Positions 27,801 to 39,832 of a stretch of 64,000 nucleotides of DNA are shown piece by piece. The DNA is from Tubiluchus corallicola (lineage: Eukaryota > Animalia > Priapulida). The notes under the pieces were generated by a model. That model did not search any database. It was not told the DNA's origin and worked only from the letters and a program-made list of their open reading frames with translations. The stretch spans positions 62,001 to 126,000 of the forward strand of contig JAQGDQ010000403.1 in the NCBI GenBank assembly GCA_030141605.1, in the 5' to 3' direction. The position numbers and the translations under genes were made by a program. Position 1 is the first letter of the stretch. Each line of letters starts with the position of its first letter.

Positions 27801-30800
27801 CCATGGACATAAAGGCATAATAAATACATATAATGTTGATATTCTAAGCAATATGTAAATTTACGCAGACAAATTTGCCTTATTAGCAATTTTAAAGTTT
27901 ATCTTAAAAAGATATTAAGCTGGTTTAAGTATTTTTTTAGTATTAACTTTATTTATATCATTTTACTATTAACTTTATGTATTTTTTCCTGTAAGTACAA
28001 ATTTAACTTATTTAGATTTTACTCTATTATAAAATAAATAAACTTTATTTAAACCTCATGCGTAAACTTTAAAATTGCTAATATTGTTGTTGATGCTAAT
28101 AATAAGCAAAATATGCCTGTGTGGGTGAGCAATAAAGGCATTGCTACTAATATTAATAATTACTATATCTGCAATCTGCATGCTCCAATTTTCACTGCTA
28201 TCACCATCTCTTCCCATTCCATTCTCAGTCGCTATCCTTTCTCTAGTTCTAGATCTATCTATATATTTTAACCATTCTTCAAAACTTATTAGAGATTCTT
28301 TTATTAATCATGTTTTACTGTAACACTATAAAGAGATAAACAAATTGAAATTGAATTGAAATTGAATTGAATAGTCATAGTACAATACATAGAAAGATTG
28401 TCAGTAGTAAAAGATACACAAACTACATAATGACTTTCTTATTCTTTATTGCTAATTTGGTAATCATAATTTACTTATCCATACGGAAAGTTTGATGCAT
28501 ACAGCTACACTATGCAGTACCACTCTGCTAATGCAATAAGTAGCAAACAGACAATGGCAAGGCACACACAGTCACCCACATCAGTAACTTTCAATGGACA
28601 ATGCAAAAAAAATTTGACGCCCAATCACATTTCACTTCAGTGCTCAAAAGTCTTTCCTTAATCAAAAATATTACAGCTACATGTTTTTAATATATATTTA
28701 TAACACACACGATTATCGCATCTTACAGCATCTCGTTGCCGACTCAAATCATCTATCATTTCCTCAAGCTGCTGTACATTCTGATCAATTTCTGCCTGGC
28801 GTTTCTGAAGCTGCAGTACAGTCTCCTTCAAATTAGCCAGTTCCTCAACAGACTTCTTTTTCTGTTCCTTTAACAGTAAAGATTAACAATTGCGAATATT
28901 TTAAAATACAAGTCGCCGATACAATTTCAAGCAACAAAATCCTGCTTGTTGAAGTAACTATAGCAGGGGTGTGCAAATTACCTGACTAGCCGGGCCACAT
29001 TAAACTTTCCCACAATTCCTGCAAGCCACGAGCTGTTAGGTCAAGGAGCCAAGTACAGTAGGACCTAATAACGATTTTTTGCATCCGATTTGCGTACACC
29101 ATTACTACTACACTCAAGAAACTATTTTAGAAATTATTAAAATTTATATTACAAACCATGTATTCTACTTTCACGACAGATAGTGGTAATTTCATTACAA
29201 TGCATATTAGTAATGTGTATCACACAGTCTGTGTAGTACAGTGCACATTAACCTGTCTCGACTCGCTGTTCTTCTTCAATCTTCCTCTTTTTCCTGCCCA
29301 TGATTCTGATCTATAAGAACACTACATCTGATGAAACGATAAAATAGCCACTGAGTGAAGCGTGTACTACTGAATCTAAGCTGAAACTAAAATCTGGGAA
29401 TCCCGCTATATCAAGGGTGACCACACTTTTTCAGCTTGCTGGCTACTCACAAATTGGTCTGCCCAGAGATAATAGAAGCCTAGAGATTGGCTAATTGGTC
29501 TTCCTACCAGCCAATCAGATTGCCTCTCGCATTTCTTGCACATTTGAGTGTTTGAATGGCGGCTTCCGTGATAGTTTGCTGTGTTCTGTGATTACATCGC
29601 TTTTTTGTGTTCTAAGTGAACAACGTTAAATTTCGTCATGTCCGACAGTGACACTAAGTGACAACGGTCTTGTAAGGGTTAATGCCATCCGATCTAGAGG
29701 AAAAAACTACTCACACTATCTTTTTCGCACCACCACTCGCGATGTTGGCGCGGACTTCAGCTGGATCGCGTGTGCCACACTTTCATTACATTGACAAACC
29801 TCTTGTGGCCCGCGGGCCGCAGTTTGCACACCCCTGAACTATAGCATATTAACTAATGCTATTATGTAGTCTGGAATTCATCTCTTTGTACTGCAATGAA
29901 GCAATACTAGCCTATAATGTATCATTCAAACATTTAATGACATTAGTAAAAGTACAGAATAAAGGAAGTTAAAAAAAATTCGCACACGTAAAAATGACAA
30001 AACAAAAGTAGCAGACTAATTGCAACCAGCGGAATTCAATTCATTTAAGGCAAAAAAACCGAGACTGGGTCACTGCACAAATTTAAATATTTGACCTAAC
30101 AAAATAAAGTGTTAAAAAATCAGGATAAGTGCTATAGTTACAAAGCAAAAACATGCAGGTCTTATCAAAAACTTTGAACAAGGGGTTGTTACTTTGGCAC
30201 TGCACCAGGAGCTTAAAACCTCAAAAACAATGCTTAGTTTGCTACTCACAAACATACAAAATACAAATTGCAAATACTAACAAATTTATTTCAAATCATG
30301 GGCAAAAGATGAGTGTATGTCAATGCCATATTACCAGATAACAGAATCTATTGACAGAAAAAGAAACAATATTTCCACTACTGTACCTCAGCACAAACAA
30401 ACTGGTAAGCCAAATGCAGTTTAGTCAGATGTTCCAGCTCCCTCATTACTTTCTGGTACTCCAAGTAGGACGTACGCTCTTCCTTTAACTTCACCAATGT
30501 AGGCGTAATTTCTTCAAGCAAAATCTAACAAAATGAAACTGTTACACAAACTACTTAATTTTAGTGTCTACCTGTTTCTTGAACTAGAATTTGCCTGAAC
30601 ATTTGAAGTTACTGTATAATGGGTAAGATTTCCCTGAACTCAGCCAAATGTGGCAAATTGAATACAATTTTCTAGTCTCACCTAGAGAAAAGCAACTCAA
30701 GTTAATGCCTCAGTTAGCTTATGGTTCTGCTGAACAAGAGCAGCAACTAGTCGGGACAAGTCATTCTAACTGAAAGCAAAACTTTTAGTGCATAATGACC

Positions 30801-32885
30801 TCCACAAAAATTTAAGAAATAAAAGAAAAAAGAGACTAGATTATAGAAGGTTTCCCTTACGGAGTCAATCTCTTTCAACTTTGCATCTTTCTTCTCTATG
30901 GTTTTTTCCGCAGATGCCTTTTTGCTTTCGTACATTCTTGTGCCAGCTGCCTCCTCAATCATGGACAAAATCTACAGCAAAACTTCAAGTTTACAAGTTT
31001 TTCAACTTGCCCATCTGGTAGTATTTAAAATAATACCGACAATTTTGTAATGCTTAAGTGGTATTACAGTTTGGTTGGATAGTTGGTTGGTTGGTTGATT
31101 GGATGGTTTGAAATTTAGGTTGATTATTTCATCGTTTTGTTGATTGGTGGTTCGTTGTTTGATTGGTTAGTTAGTTAGTTGAATGTTAGATTAATTGGTT
31201 GTTTAATAGAATGAATGCGTTTGGTTGGCTGTCGTTATATGGGGAGTTGTTTAGTTGTTTTAACTCTCTCCATCACTTTCAATATTGAATGATAAATTCA
31301 GAAACCAAAGTTGCCATAGGAAATTGTTAAAGTAAGAGCTTGACTGCTTCTGGATATTCTTGAAACTATATGTACATATGGCTTTGTGGCTGTTTTCATT
31401 ACATAATGAGTAATGGGATTCATCAAAAATGGTATTATTAAACTATCGTCCAAATACACTTCTAGGCATCATTAAAGTTTGATAAAAAAAAATTCCATTA
31501 GCTATCTGCAAAGCTAAAGTTAGAAAGGGCATCAATTGAAATTTCTGACTGATAGCTATGGCACTGAATGCATTTACACTACAATGCAAAGAATTCAAAT
31601 TTATGATGCGAGATACAGGCTTGTGCTGTATGCATTCATTTTACCGGCAAATGAGAATGCATTACAACGTTTACACGAGGGTTTAACAAATAACTATTAA
31701 AGCAAGCACAGCTTCAAAACAATATGCGCTTTACCTCAGGTGGTTTCATGTTGAGAACTTTCGTTATTCTTCCTTGCATAATGAGAAAATGCGGATTATT
31801 CACATTTAATTGTACAGAGCGAAATAAATCTTGTACTCTTGTGTTGTTAGCATTACTCCCATTAATTAAGTACTTGTTGCGCCCTCCAATAACAACCTGG
31901 TAAAACGTATGAAGATATTAGTAATTTTACACTAAATCGAGAATGACGCTGCATTTACACTTTTTTACAGTAAAGTTACAACAATAAAAAAACTTTGTCT
32001 AGGCTATACCTAAGCAAATTATAAGACATTTGGCCCCTTCTGGATCTAAAATTTAATTAAATGTGATTATTCTCAATCTTCAGGGCATATTTCAATCAAT
32101 TTAAACAGCAGTGGTCAGCACGCAGTACATTATACAGCAAAAAGTATGTACACAGAAGGTTAATTATAATGATATTTTAACATTCAATGAATTTAGCATC
32201 AAAAAGAAAACCTGTCTTGTAACGGTAATTTCATCGTAAGTTTCATATCCCAGCGGACTCTGCTTTTTATCCGTGTTGTCAAATGAAATGCTGACGGTAG
32301 CTTTAGTCACGCCGGCCTGTCCACCTTTGTACACTAATTCCTGCAAACTTCCTGCTCTGACCTAAAAATAAGTTACTTGTGAATTTTAATATTTTTATAC
32401 ACACACACACACACAAGTATAATTCAAAAAGCATGGTAAGCTGCGGATGTTTGTGCCAATGATAGGTACACGGATTGAACAGCCTTTAGCAGATGGTTTA
32501 AGTATTGCTAGAAAGTGCTATAAATTGCCTCACTTCTAAGAAGGATGTGAAGAATTGAATATTACAAAAATCAAAAACTTATTTAAAATAAAACACAGTA
32601 AGTCAACTGCTAATAATATAGATATACAAATCAAATGTGCAATAGCTGGCTATTATTAAGAAACGCATAAAAAACAATTATTTCGTTAAAATATATTAGC
32701 TTATGACAATGTATTACCTGCTGTAAATTTGTAATACCAAGAAGAAAGCAAATCGCATCAAGGATGTTGGACTTCCCACTGCCATTCAAACCAGTAATTG
32801 CATTAAAAAGAGGATCAAAACCATTAATTTCTGTACGCTGGGCATAAGATTTAAACCCATCTATTACTATTGATTTTATGAACAT
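9846..32885 (-). CDS. SMC2: Structural maintenance of chromosomes protein 2 (condensin subunit), complete, 23 coding exons, 1197 aa
   Basis: Exons (minus strand): 32718-32885, 32212-32361, 31735-31896, 30861-30971, 30387-30524, 28727-28867, 27080-27229, 26139-26328, 25351-25526, 24435-24553, 23856-23994, 23507-23653, 21566-21770, 21278-21413, 20157-20281, 18595-18788, 17763-17906, 17081-17275, 15511-15711, 14039-14164, 13107-13258, 12256-12403, 9846-10022. All introns are GT-AG with consistent phases; total 3594 nt. Motifs: Walker [11 protein letters not shown]-loop HFLIMQG, hinge [10 protein letters not shown], signature LSGGQR, Walker B/D-loop [12 protein letters not shown]-terminal [18 protein letters not shown]. 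Confidence 0.97.
10380..10860 (-). mobile_element. Non-LTR retrotransposon (LINE) ORF2 C-terminal relic in the last SMC2 intron
   Basis: Translation [41 protein letters not shown]...KLKVAYN resembles the post-RT region of invertebrate LINE ORF2; AATAAA-like tail follows. Confidence 0.7.
14225..14617 (-). mobile_element. hAT-like MITE family A (TAGGGGTGAGCA TIR), degenerate copy
   Basis: Ends tagaagtgagca...tgctcacccta; reverse-complement homology to 33123-33508 and 38589-38979. Confidence 0.85.
18290..18427 (-). mobile_element. tRNA-derived SINE relic
   Basis: Reverse complement reads GGCATAGCTCAATGGTAGCG...GGAGGTCGTGAGTTCC...GAGTCATACCAAA...AAAAATGGTACTGCTG; same family as 6654 and 39670. 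Confidence 0.75.
18951..19461. mobile_element. MITE family B, TIR CAGGGATGAGAAT, 6-bp TSD GGATTA
   Basis: Perfect 13-bp TIRs; GGATTA at 18945-18950 and 19462-19467; close sister copy at 20651-21140. Confidence 0.92.
20651..21140. mobile_element. MITE family B, second copy, 6-bp TSD TCTATT
   Basis: CAGGGATGAGAAT...ATTCTCATCCCTG flanked by TCTATT on both sides. Confidence 0.92.
22983..23240. repeat. 84-85 bp minisatellite, 3 copies, in an SMC2 intron
   Basis: Unit aac(a/g)gaaccaaaatatatt...gaatactcagattttacaaat starts near 22991, 23075 and 23160. Confidence 0.95.
28964..29836. mobile_element. hAT-like MITE family C (TIR CAGGGGTGTGCAAA), long form, 8-bp TSD AACTATAG
   Basis: Perfect 14-bp TIRs; AACTATAG on both flanks; homologous to 56665-57145. 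Confidence 0.93.
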
Positions 32886-32979
32886 TTTTAATTTATAATT
32901 ACACGGCTTTTAGTAAATTAATCTACAAAAACATCATTTTCACGACAAAACTTAATAACTAGAACCCTATTCAGTTAAT

Positions 32980-32995
32980 AAATGGCGCGCTTTCC
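32980..32995. promoter_or_regulatory. Putative YY1/E2F-like motif about 95 bp upstream of the SMC2 ATG
   Basis: AAATGGCGCGC in otherwise CpG-poor DNA; motif match only. Confidence 0.3.
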
Positions 32996-33122
32996 ACTAA
33001 TTGATATTCAGCAAGAACTAGCGCACCGAGAGAAAACTCAGGAGAAGCACTTTGTACGCCACCTTCATGATTGTTGAGGCCTCTTGATTCTCGTCTGTTC
33101 AATCTGAGTTGACAGCTGACAC

Positions 33123-33508
33123 TAGGGGTGGACATTCTCTACCAGAAAGCGAATTCGAATCGAATTTGTGACTTTCGAATTCGAATCGAAACGAATTTCT
33201 GTATTTCGAGTCCGAATTGAGTTTGAAGGATTTCGAACAAGTTTTCGAGCCACTAATAAAAAGTGGTAGTAAAAGATCATGTATATTACTTGATTTGTTC
33301 TGCAATAAACTGATTATTAGGTTGTTAAAAATTTTGCACATAAACTGCAGCTAAACTGTGCTATTGCATGCTGTTTCAAATATTTCAATGATAAGGAACA
33401 TATGTGGCTGAAGTGCTGAATTATTCGAATCTATAATTTTAGGTTCTAATCCAATTTGAACTAAAAAAATCGTTCGAATCGAATTCGAACGTTCGGTGCT
33501 CACCCCTA
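33123..33508 (+). mobile_element. hAT-like MITE family A, about 240 bp upstream of the SMC2 ATG
   Basis: TAGGGGTG...CACCCCTA TIRs; degenerate 8-bp TSD gctgacac/gttgacgc; dense TTCGAA subterminal repeats. Confidence 0.9.
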
Positions 33509-35509
33509 GTTGACGCTGGACAGAACAAAAATCAACTTTCTCTCAAAAACTCGCATGATCATTACTGATATTTTGTATTTCGCAACACCCACATTTTCTT
33601 ATCGAACTTAATGCAGAGTACACTATGAATAGTCTTAGTGTTACTTCTGACTGAAAAATTACCTCACAAAACTGTAAGAAAAAAGAAAAACACAACTTTT
33701 CAAGATACTGTGCCACTGTAGTTCTTAAAGGACAAATGAGAGAGAAAAATCACAAGGAATTAATACAACAGCTGAACTTGTTTTTTGGAGGGGAGTTTTT
33801 GCTTATATTATTTACACATAAAGTGATGTCAATATATAAATACATTGAAAGAATATAAGCATGCAGCAAAAACACAGAAACACAACAGATAAAACGCAAG
33901 GGGAAGGTGCCCCTTTTGTATTAGTGTTATTTCTATAGTAAAAATGTAGTAAGTTAAAAAAGGGGTTAAGACAAAGATGTTTTGGTTCAAAAACAGCAAA
34001 TAACAGTGTGAACAATTTTTTGCCAACTATAGAAAAAGAGATGGTCTTTTAACAAGGCTAAAACAAAGTGATGCCCTGAATCTTGTGCAAGCTGTATGTA
34101 GAAAGTATCATGTGTGAGACACTAAAGAGCAGACCGGGCAGATCAGTGAAAGACCGGACCTCTGATAGACTAGACTCTGAAAACCCGTTTAGAGAGCACA
34201 CCCCAGTCAGACCAACCACAGCCCAGACCTGACTGAATCACAATCAAACCCACGTCTAGAACAGAAAGAATTAAACTGTCCAAGTCCAATAATAAGAGCA
34301 AGCCCAGACAGCACCAATGCTTATCCGTAGGCCATGCCCAACCCAGGCCTGTATTAGTTTGTTAAATAGACCATTATTTTTGTTCCGAATTATTACATGA
34401 TGAGTCTTTTATCATGTAATGAACTTTAATTAACATGCTAAACTGCTTTGCTTATGTTGCATCAATTTTTCCTGCTTGCAGACTAGCCATAAAAATGTTG
34501 CTTTTTAAAATATTTGCTCTAAACGTTTGCGGTAATCGCTGCTCTCTAAACGATTTTATAATTACAACTCAATATTACAGCGCCGATTAGTCATTTTTTG
34601 AGTTAAATGTCTGTCCGTCCGTCTGTCTGTCTGCCGGTCTTTTTTAAGCTCGACCCAGTAAATTTTACTATTTTATCCCTTTTCTAAAAGGTGCCAACCT
34701 CTAATGCTTGCTCTTTCTTGCTGTAGATGGCACCACCTGCTTGGCACAATATTTATAGCAAAGTGTTCACAGTGCCCAGTTCACAGTGCCCATAAAGGAG
34801 CCTACTGTGTTTTACGACTTATTCGACGTGGAACCTGTTATGCTAACACTAACCGACGAAGAATGCAATGAATCTGAGTGCATGACGTCAGAGGTGACAA
34901 CCACAAGTGCTCGCCAAGCGGCGTTCGTTTAATCGAGCATTTTTTTTGTTCAAGTATGACTTGTTTTCCATACGTCCTTGTACAACCTTGTGCGTAATTA
35001 ATTGAAAGTTTCATTTAGGCCTAGACGTTTGACAAAGGCACAAACGCACGTTATTTAGTTATTGAAACGTAGAATAATAATTACGCTTTGTTGCGTGTGA
35101 CGCAGCTCTTTGCACACCAGAAAGCGCAAAGTGAAGCCGCACATATGTATTCTGATAAAGAAGTTAGACAAAAAATAGAAATTATTTCATTTTTTTGTTG
35201 TTTATCCGATCTTTTGAGGACATGACTGTAGCGTGAGGTAATTGGACAAGAATTTCAGTTTCCAAAGTGTTTAGTCTGGAGTGCGGCTGTCGGTAAAACC
35301 AGCGACCACTAGTTTCTTTTCTCCACTTTTCCAAAAAGTTAATCATTTCCCGAAAACGCATCGTTCGCGCTTATCGAACTTATGCCATTGATTCTTGACA
35401 TGATTCTTGGTGCGCAGTTTCAAGAGAATCTTGTGAAACAGTATTTAATACGTAAACGAAATGTAGTTTTATCCAAAAGGTGAATAAATGCAGCTTCACA
35501 AAAGTAAAA

Positions 35510-36550
35510 ATGGAAATCGATTGGAGAAGCGTCGAAAACGCGTCCTTTGATTTAGAAAACAACGTCACGGCAAACATTTCTCAGATTTCGGGTAGAAATG
35601 GTCACGAAGTGATAATTACGCTTGAGTTATTGTGCGAAATTCAAGAAAAAAATGACAGATACCAAGTGGCAACGAACATGATAAATCTCCTACTGGGCTT
35701 GTCAATACTGATAAGTAACTTCTTGGTAATAATAACTATCATTTATTCACCATCTCTGCACGAAGTACCGTATTACTTCATGGCCAATTTGGCAGTGGCA
35801 GATTCGCTGACTGGCTTTGGACTGCTAACTCTTTTCATTGGCTTCTATGTCGGAGTGAGATGCAACATTAGATTTTGTTCGTTTATAATAACGATAATGT
35901 TATGGTACATTGTAGGCTCCATGGCTATGTATATGACCGTCAGCTTGGAGAGGTACATAGCTATAACTTACCCACTGCATTATCCCAGATGGGTGACGCC
36001 GAAAAACGCCACAAGAATTCTAGCTCTGGCCTGGCTGTACTCTGTAATTGTCGCCATCGCTGGTGCAGCTACTTATCGCTTAAGCGACACTCCGGGACTG
36101 TCTTGCATTCATTTCGTCAACTTATTCGGTAGGTATGTATTCGTTCTGAATTGCATCCACTGTGCAGTATTCGTTCCTGTACTAGTGTTTTGCTATTCGA
36201 AGATAGGAAGTATTGCCTTCAGGCAGCAGAAAGCCATTGCGGCCGTAAGTTCTGCAGGAGATGATGAATTGCAGCACAAGATGAAGATCGTCAAAGCCAT
36301 GGCGACGACGGTGGTCTTGTATATTGGTTTCTGGTCTCCATTTCTTATTCTCTTTTGTCTACACTACATCTGCGAGTTTTGCGGCGTTTGCCCCGTCAAA
36401 GTAACATTAGAACTTCTAGTGTTTGGTTTATTACTGGGAATGTGCAACTCTTTCGTAAACGTGTTCGTTTATGCTGGAAAATTAGAATCATTTAGAAACG
36501 CCATTAAGACGCTATTAAGCAGACGGAGAAGACAACTACTTGCTGTTTGA
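35510..36550 (+). CDS. Intronless class A GPCR, 346 aa from ATG 35510, paralog of 7962-8996
   Basis: Seven TM segments; NLAVAD, ERY, FWSPF, NSFVNVFVY; shares blocks such as PSLHEVP.YF.ANLAVADS, YPLHYPRWVT and VFVYAGKLESFR with the first GPCR. Confidence 0.93.
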   Translation: MEIDWRSVENASFDLENNVTANISQISGRNGHEVIITLELLCEIQEKNDRYQVATNMINLLLGLSILISNFLVIITIIYSPSLHEVPYYFMANLAVADSLTGFGLLTLFIGFYVGVRCNIRFCSFIITIMLWYIVGSMAMYMTVSLERYIAITYPLHYPRWVTPKNATRILALAWLYSVIVAIAGAATYRLSDTPGLSCIHFVNLFGRYVFVLNCIHCAVFVPVLVFCYSKIGSIAFRQQKAIAAVSSAGDDELQHKMKIVKAMATTVVLYIGFWSPFLILFCLHYICEFCGVCPVKVTLELLVFGLLLGMCNSFVNVFVYAGKLESFRNAIKTLLSRRRRQLLAV

Positions 36551-36823
36551 AAATCCCGATGTTTTTGTCTAATACGTATAAGCCTAATCTAATCTACAAA
36601 AGGCAAATCAAATTTTGTGGTCATCCACTCAAGACTAAGGATTAAGGTTTTGATTTTTCGAATTGCGAGAAAAATGTAGTACAAGATATGCTTAAAATAA
36701 ATTGCATATACAAGAATTTTTTCTTTATCTTTAAAGCAATTTTTCGTCATTGAACCGATTTCGTTCTAAAAATATTACATCTGGCATTAACTACAAGTAT
36801 CAAGCGCATCGCGTTTATTTGAT

Positions 36824-37052
36824 GATGTTCGTCCTTCGAATCGAAGATGACCATAGTGACAGGGATAGAAAGTCAGTTGGGGGGGGGGGGTTGTCATTCC
36901 TTTGATGAGCTCGAAGGTGACTGACTAAGCCAATTCTGGCCTGGAAACTTCTTTGGCATTTGGCACAGGTGAGGCTGGGTGTTTGGACCTGTTGTTGGGC
37001 AGTGTCATATACCTTGCGTCTCCTGCGCTTCTCCTCTGCCTCCTTCTATCAC
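36824..37052 (-). mobile_element. 5'-truncated RTE-clade LINE 3' end with 10-bp TSD TTTATTTGAT
   Basis: Minus strand encodes KEAEEKRRRRK...LTCAKCQRSFQARIGLVSHLRAH (RTE C-terminal zinc finger), then the tail GGTCATCTTCGATTCGAAGGACGAACATCATC; TSD at 36814-36823 and 37053-37062. Confidence 0.9.
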
Positions 37053-38588
37053 TTTATTTGATACTGACGCATGCTATGTCTACTAGCTTAGCCGCTTTGT
37101 TACTCTGTAATTTGAGTAGTCTATAACACAGAACTGTTCTGTTCTGTCTATTAACCAAATGAGAAGGCAAAGTTGTTTTTTACAGTTCGATACTCTTTAA
37201 TCAGAAATCCAGTATCAGTGGCATGGCCTACTCAATGTGGATGATTATGGCGGAACTGGAATCTAATCCATCATCAAAGATAATCCTCTCAACACACACA
37301 GCAATTAGCGTTTTGCTTATAGCGCCCTCTAGGAAATGTGTGAGTAAATTAGTCACACTCTACAAAACCCGTGTTTTAATTTTGAAGAGGAGAAGTAATA
37401 TTTTTAATTATTATAATAACTAATTTATTTATTCAGCTGAAACACGTAGGCCTATAATATTGTACTGTTAGTACAATGAGATTGCAAATTGCAGAAGGAA
37501 ATACAACAAGCTAAATGTCCGTATTAAAACTCATTCCGACATTTTTATATCCAAATAATGCAAATAGAGTGATAATAATAAATTAAAATTATGCACTTAA
37601 TCTGACATTCAACCTTAATGAATTGTGAAGTGGAAAACGTGTACTGTACACTCCGGGGAGTACAAACATTTATTTCAAATTTTTATTCAATTCAATTCAA
37701 TTTTATTTTCTTAATAGCAGTTAAAATTCATCATTATTATTTTTACATTTCATTGCAGCTGAGAAGGAGCAGCGAAAGACCTATTGGTCACTTGGTCAGC
37801 TGCCCCTTATTAAAATAACAAGTTTACCCACAAGCTCATAACATTTTTTAGGTGTTTGTGTATATATAAAAGGCAAAAACAACAAAAATCAACTCAAAGC
37901 AGAAAAGTTATTCGTACAAAAAATTATGCACACCACTGCCTAAATCTCAAGAATTTATGCAGAAAGTGCTGGTAAATGTGATACTTTCTGCGGTTAACAA
38001 TAATTTTAACACTACTCCAGTTATAATGATGCCATCGTTTTTTTCCGTATTATTTTCAGAAGTAAGATGCGACCGTGTCTGTAACGTAAAAATTAAAATG
38101 ATTTTAATGGGGGAGTTTCAAGTTATTCTAAATCAGAAAGATAAACTTTACACTAATTAACAACTACTTTTCTGTCATAAACATGAAAATTAACGTGTTC
38201 AGACTGAAATGGATGCAAAACACCAGTTTAATGTGTTGACCAAAAGTTTCTTTATTGTTGTTGGAGCCTTTAACAGTTACAAAGACAGGAATGAGAACTC
38301 CAGCTAGCCTTAAGAACAACAATGTCACAACAATAAATTCGTAAGAAATTTACAGTCATAATGGTCATCACAGACAGAAAAATAGAGCAATGGCGGAAAG
38401 AACCAAAAGACCGGTAAAATATCGTACAACTACTATAGCTATAGCTCACGAAAGGCCAAAATGCTAATGTATTCAAGGATATTAGGTGCTTCAATTTTAA
38501 AAGAGTGACTACTGTAAAAGGTAAAAAGCCTACTAAACAAACAAACAGGTGGCAGTACCGTGGCAGTAATTGAGAACTAAATTAAAAC

Positions 38589-38979
38589 TAGGGGTGAGCA
38601 TTCTCTACCAGAAAGCGAATTCGAATCGAACCGAATTTGTGACTTTCGAATTCGAATCGAACTTCAGTGTTTCGAATTCGAACCGAATTCGAATTGAGAT
38701 TGAACGATTTTCGAACCACCAGTAAAAATTAGTCTTACAAAGATCATGCATATCACTAGATTTTGTTCTGCAATAAAATGACTAGTAATTTGTTTAAAGT
38801 TGTGCGCAGAAATCACAGCTAAATTACGCTAATTGCATGATGTTTCAATCGTTTTAATGATCAGGAAAATATGTGATTGAAGTGCTGAATTATTCGAATC
38901 TATAGTTTTGGATTCGAATCGAGTTCGAACTAAAGAAAACTCGTTCGAATCGAATTCGAGCGTTCGATGCTCACCCCTA
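38589..38979 (+). mobile_element. hAT-like MITE family A, best-preserved copy, 8-bp TSD ATTAAAAC
   Basis: TAGGGGTGAGCA...TGCTCACCCCTA with ATTAAAAC on both flanks. Confidence 0.93.
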
Positions 38980-39477
38980 ATTAAAACCAAAAAAGGGCCT
39001 ATGCACCCGCTACACAGACTTTATAACCGTGATCAACGAATGCACTGATTTGTTCATGCTTTTCATGTGTAATAAAAACGTGTGATAAAAATGCGCTTGA
39101 AGATGACACGAGGAAATACATTCATTACACAGTCTAAGTGGCGGCTTTCCAAGACTGCGCTATGATAGCGGAAACCAGGTGTAGTGTCAGACCTTGTTAG
39201 CACAATTACTACGTACGTATTACGTAGAGTTTGTAGGTTAAAAGTGCAAGAAGAGAATGATAACCGTATTTGCCGTGTCATGCAATAGACTTAAATAAAA
39301 CGTCGTTGCGTTGCGTGCTAAGTAATCGAAAAATATTTGCGCAACACTATACCTGCGCATTAGTTGTGTGGGCGGCACTTCAAAGTCCAGAGAAAAGAAA
39401 AAATAATAATAGCGCTTAATAGCAACTCGGGGTGCATTGAATAGTTAAGTACTAATCATTTACAGTGAACGCTTAGT

Positions 39478-39610
39478 GACTGAAGTTAAGCACCACTGAG
39501 CCTCGTCGGTACGTGGGTGGGTGACCACCTTTCACTTGTCAGCCTTGGCCCTCTTTTCACTTCATTGAGGAAGGATATACATGTATCCAAACGTGGCTGT
39601 GACTGTTCCG
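39478..39610 (+). mobile_element. 5S rRNA-derived SINE-like relic
   Basis: GAAGTTAAGCACCACTGAGCCTCGTCGGTACGTGGGTGGGTGACCACC resembles the 5S internal control region (GAAGTTAAGC...GTACTTGGATGGGTGACC); no complete 5S gene. Confidence 0.65.
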
Positions 39611-39669
39611 TGTTTGATATAAGAACAGTATCTCTAACCAGCCAGATTCTGAACCTGCCGTAACCTCCG

Positions 39670-39798
39670 ACTAGACAGTATAGTCTAGTGGATAATGCAT
39701 CTGTTTCCGTATGAGAGGTCGCGCGTTCGATACCGTAGTCGGGTCATACCACAAACAGTACCTGCTGTTTCCTTGCCCAGTGAGTGGTATTTATAATA

Positions 39799-39831
<33 letters not shown>

Positions 39832-39832
39832 C
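39670..39832 (+). mobile_element. tRNA-derived SINE relic with (TAA)n tail
   Basis: TAGTCTAGTGG...GTTCGATACC...GGGTCATACCA...GTACCTGCTG followed by (TAA)n. Confidence 0.78.

Noticed and set aside
33145-33250. Heat-shock elements in MITE family A
   Set aside because: GAA and TTC are mostly directly adjacent, without the 2-nt spacing of canonical nGAAnnTTCn arrays.
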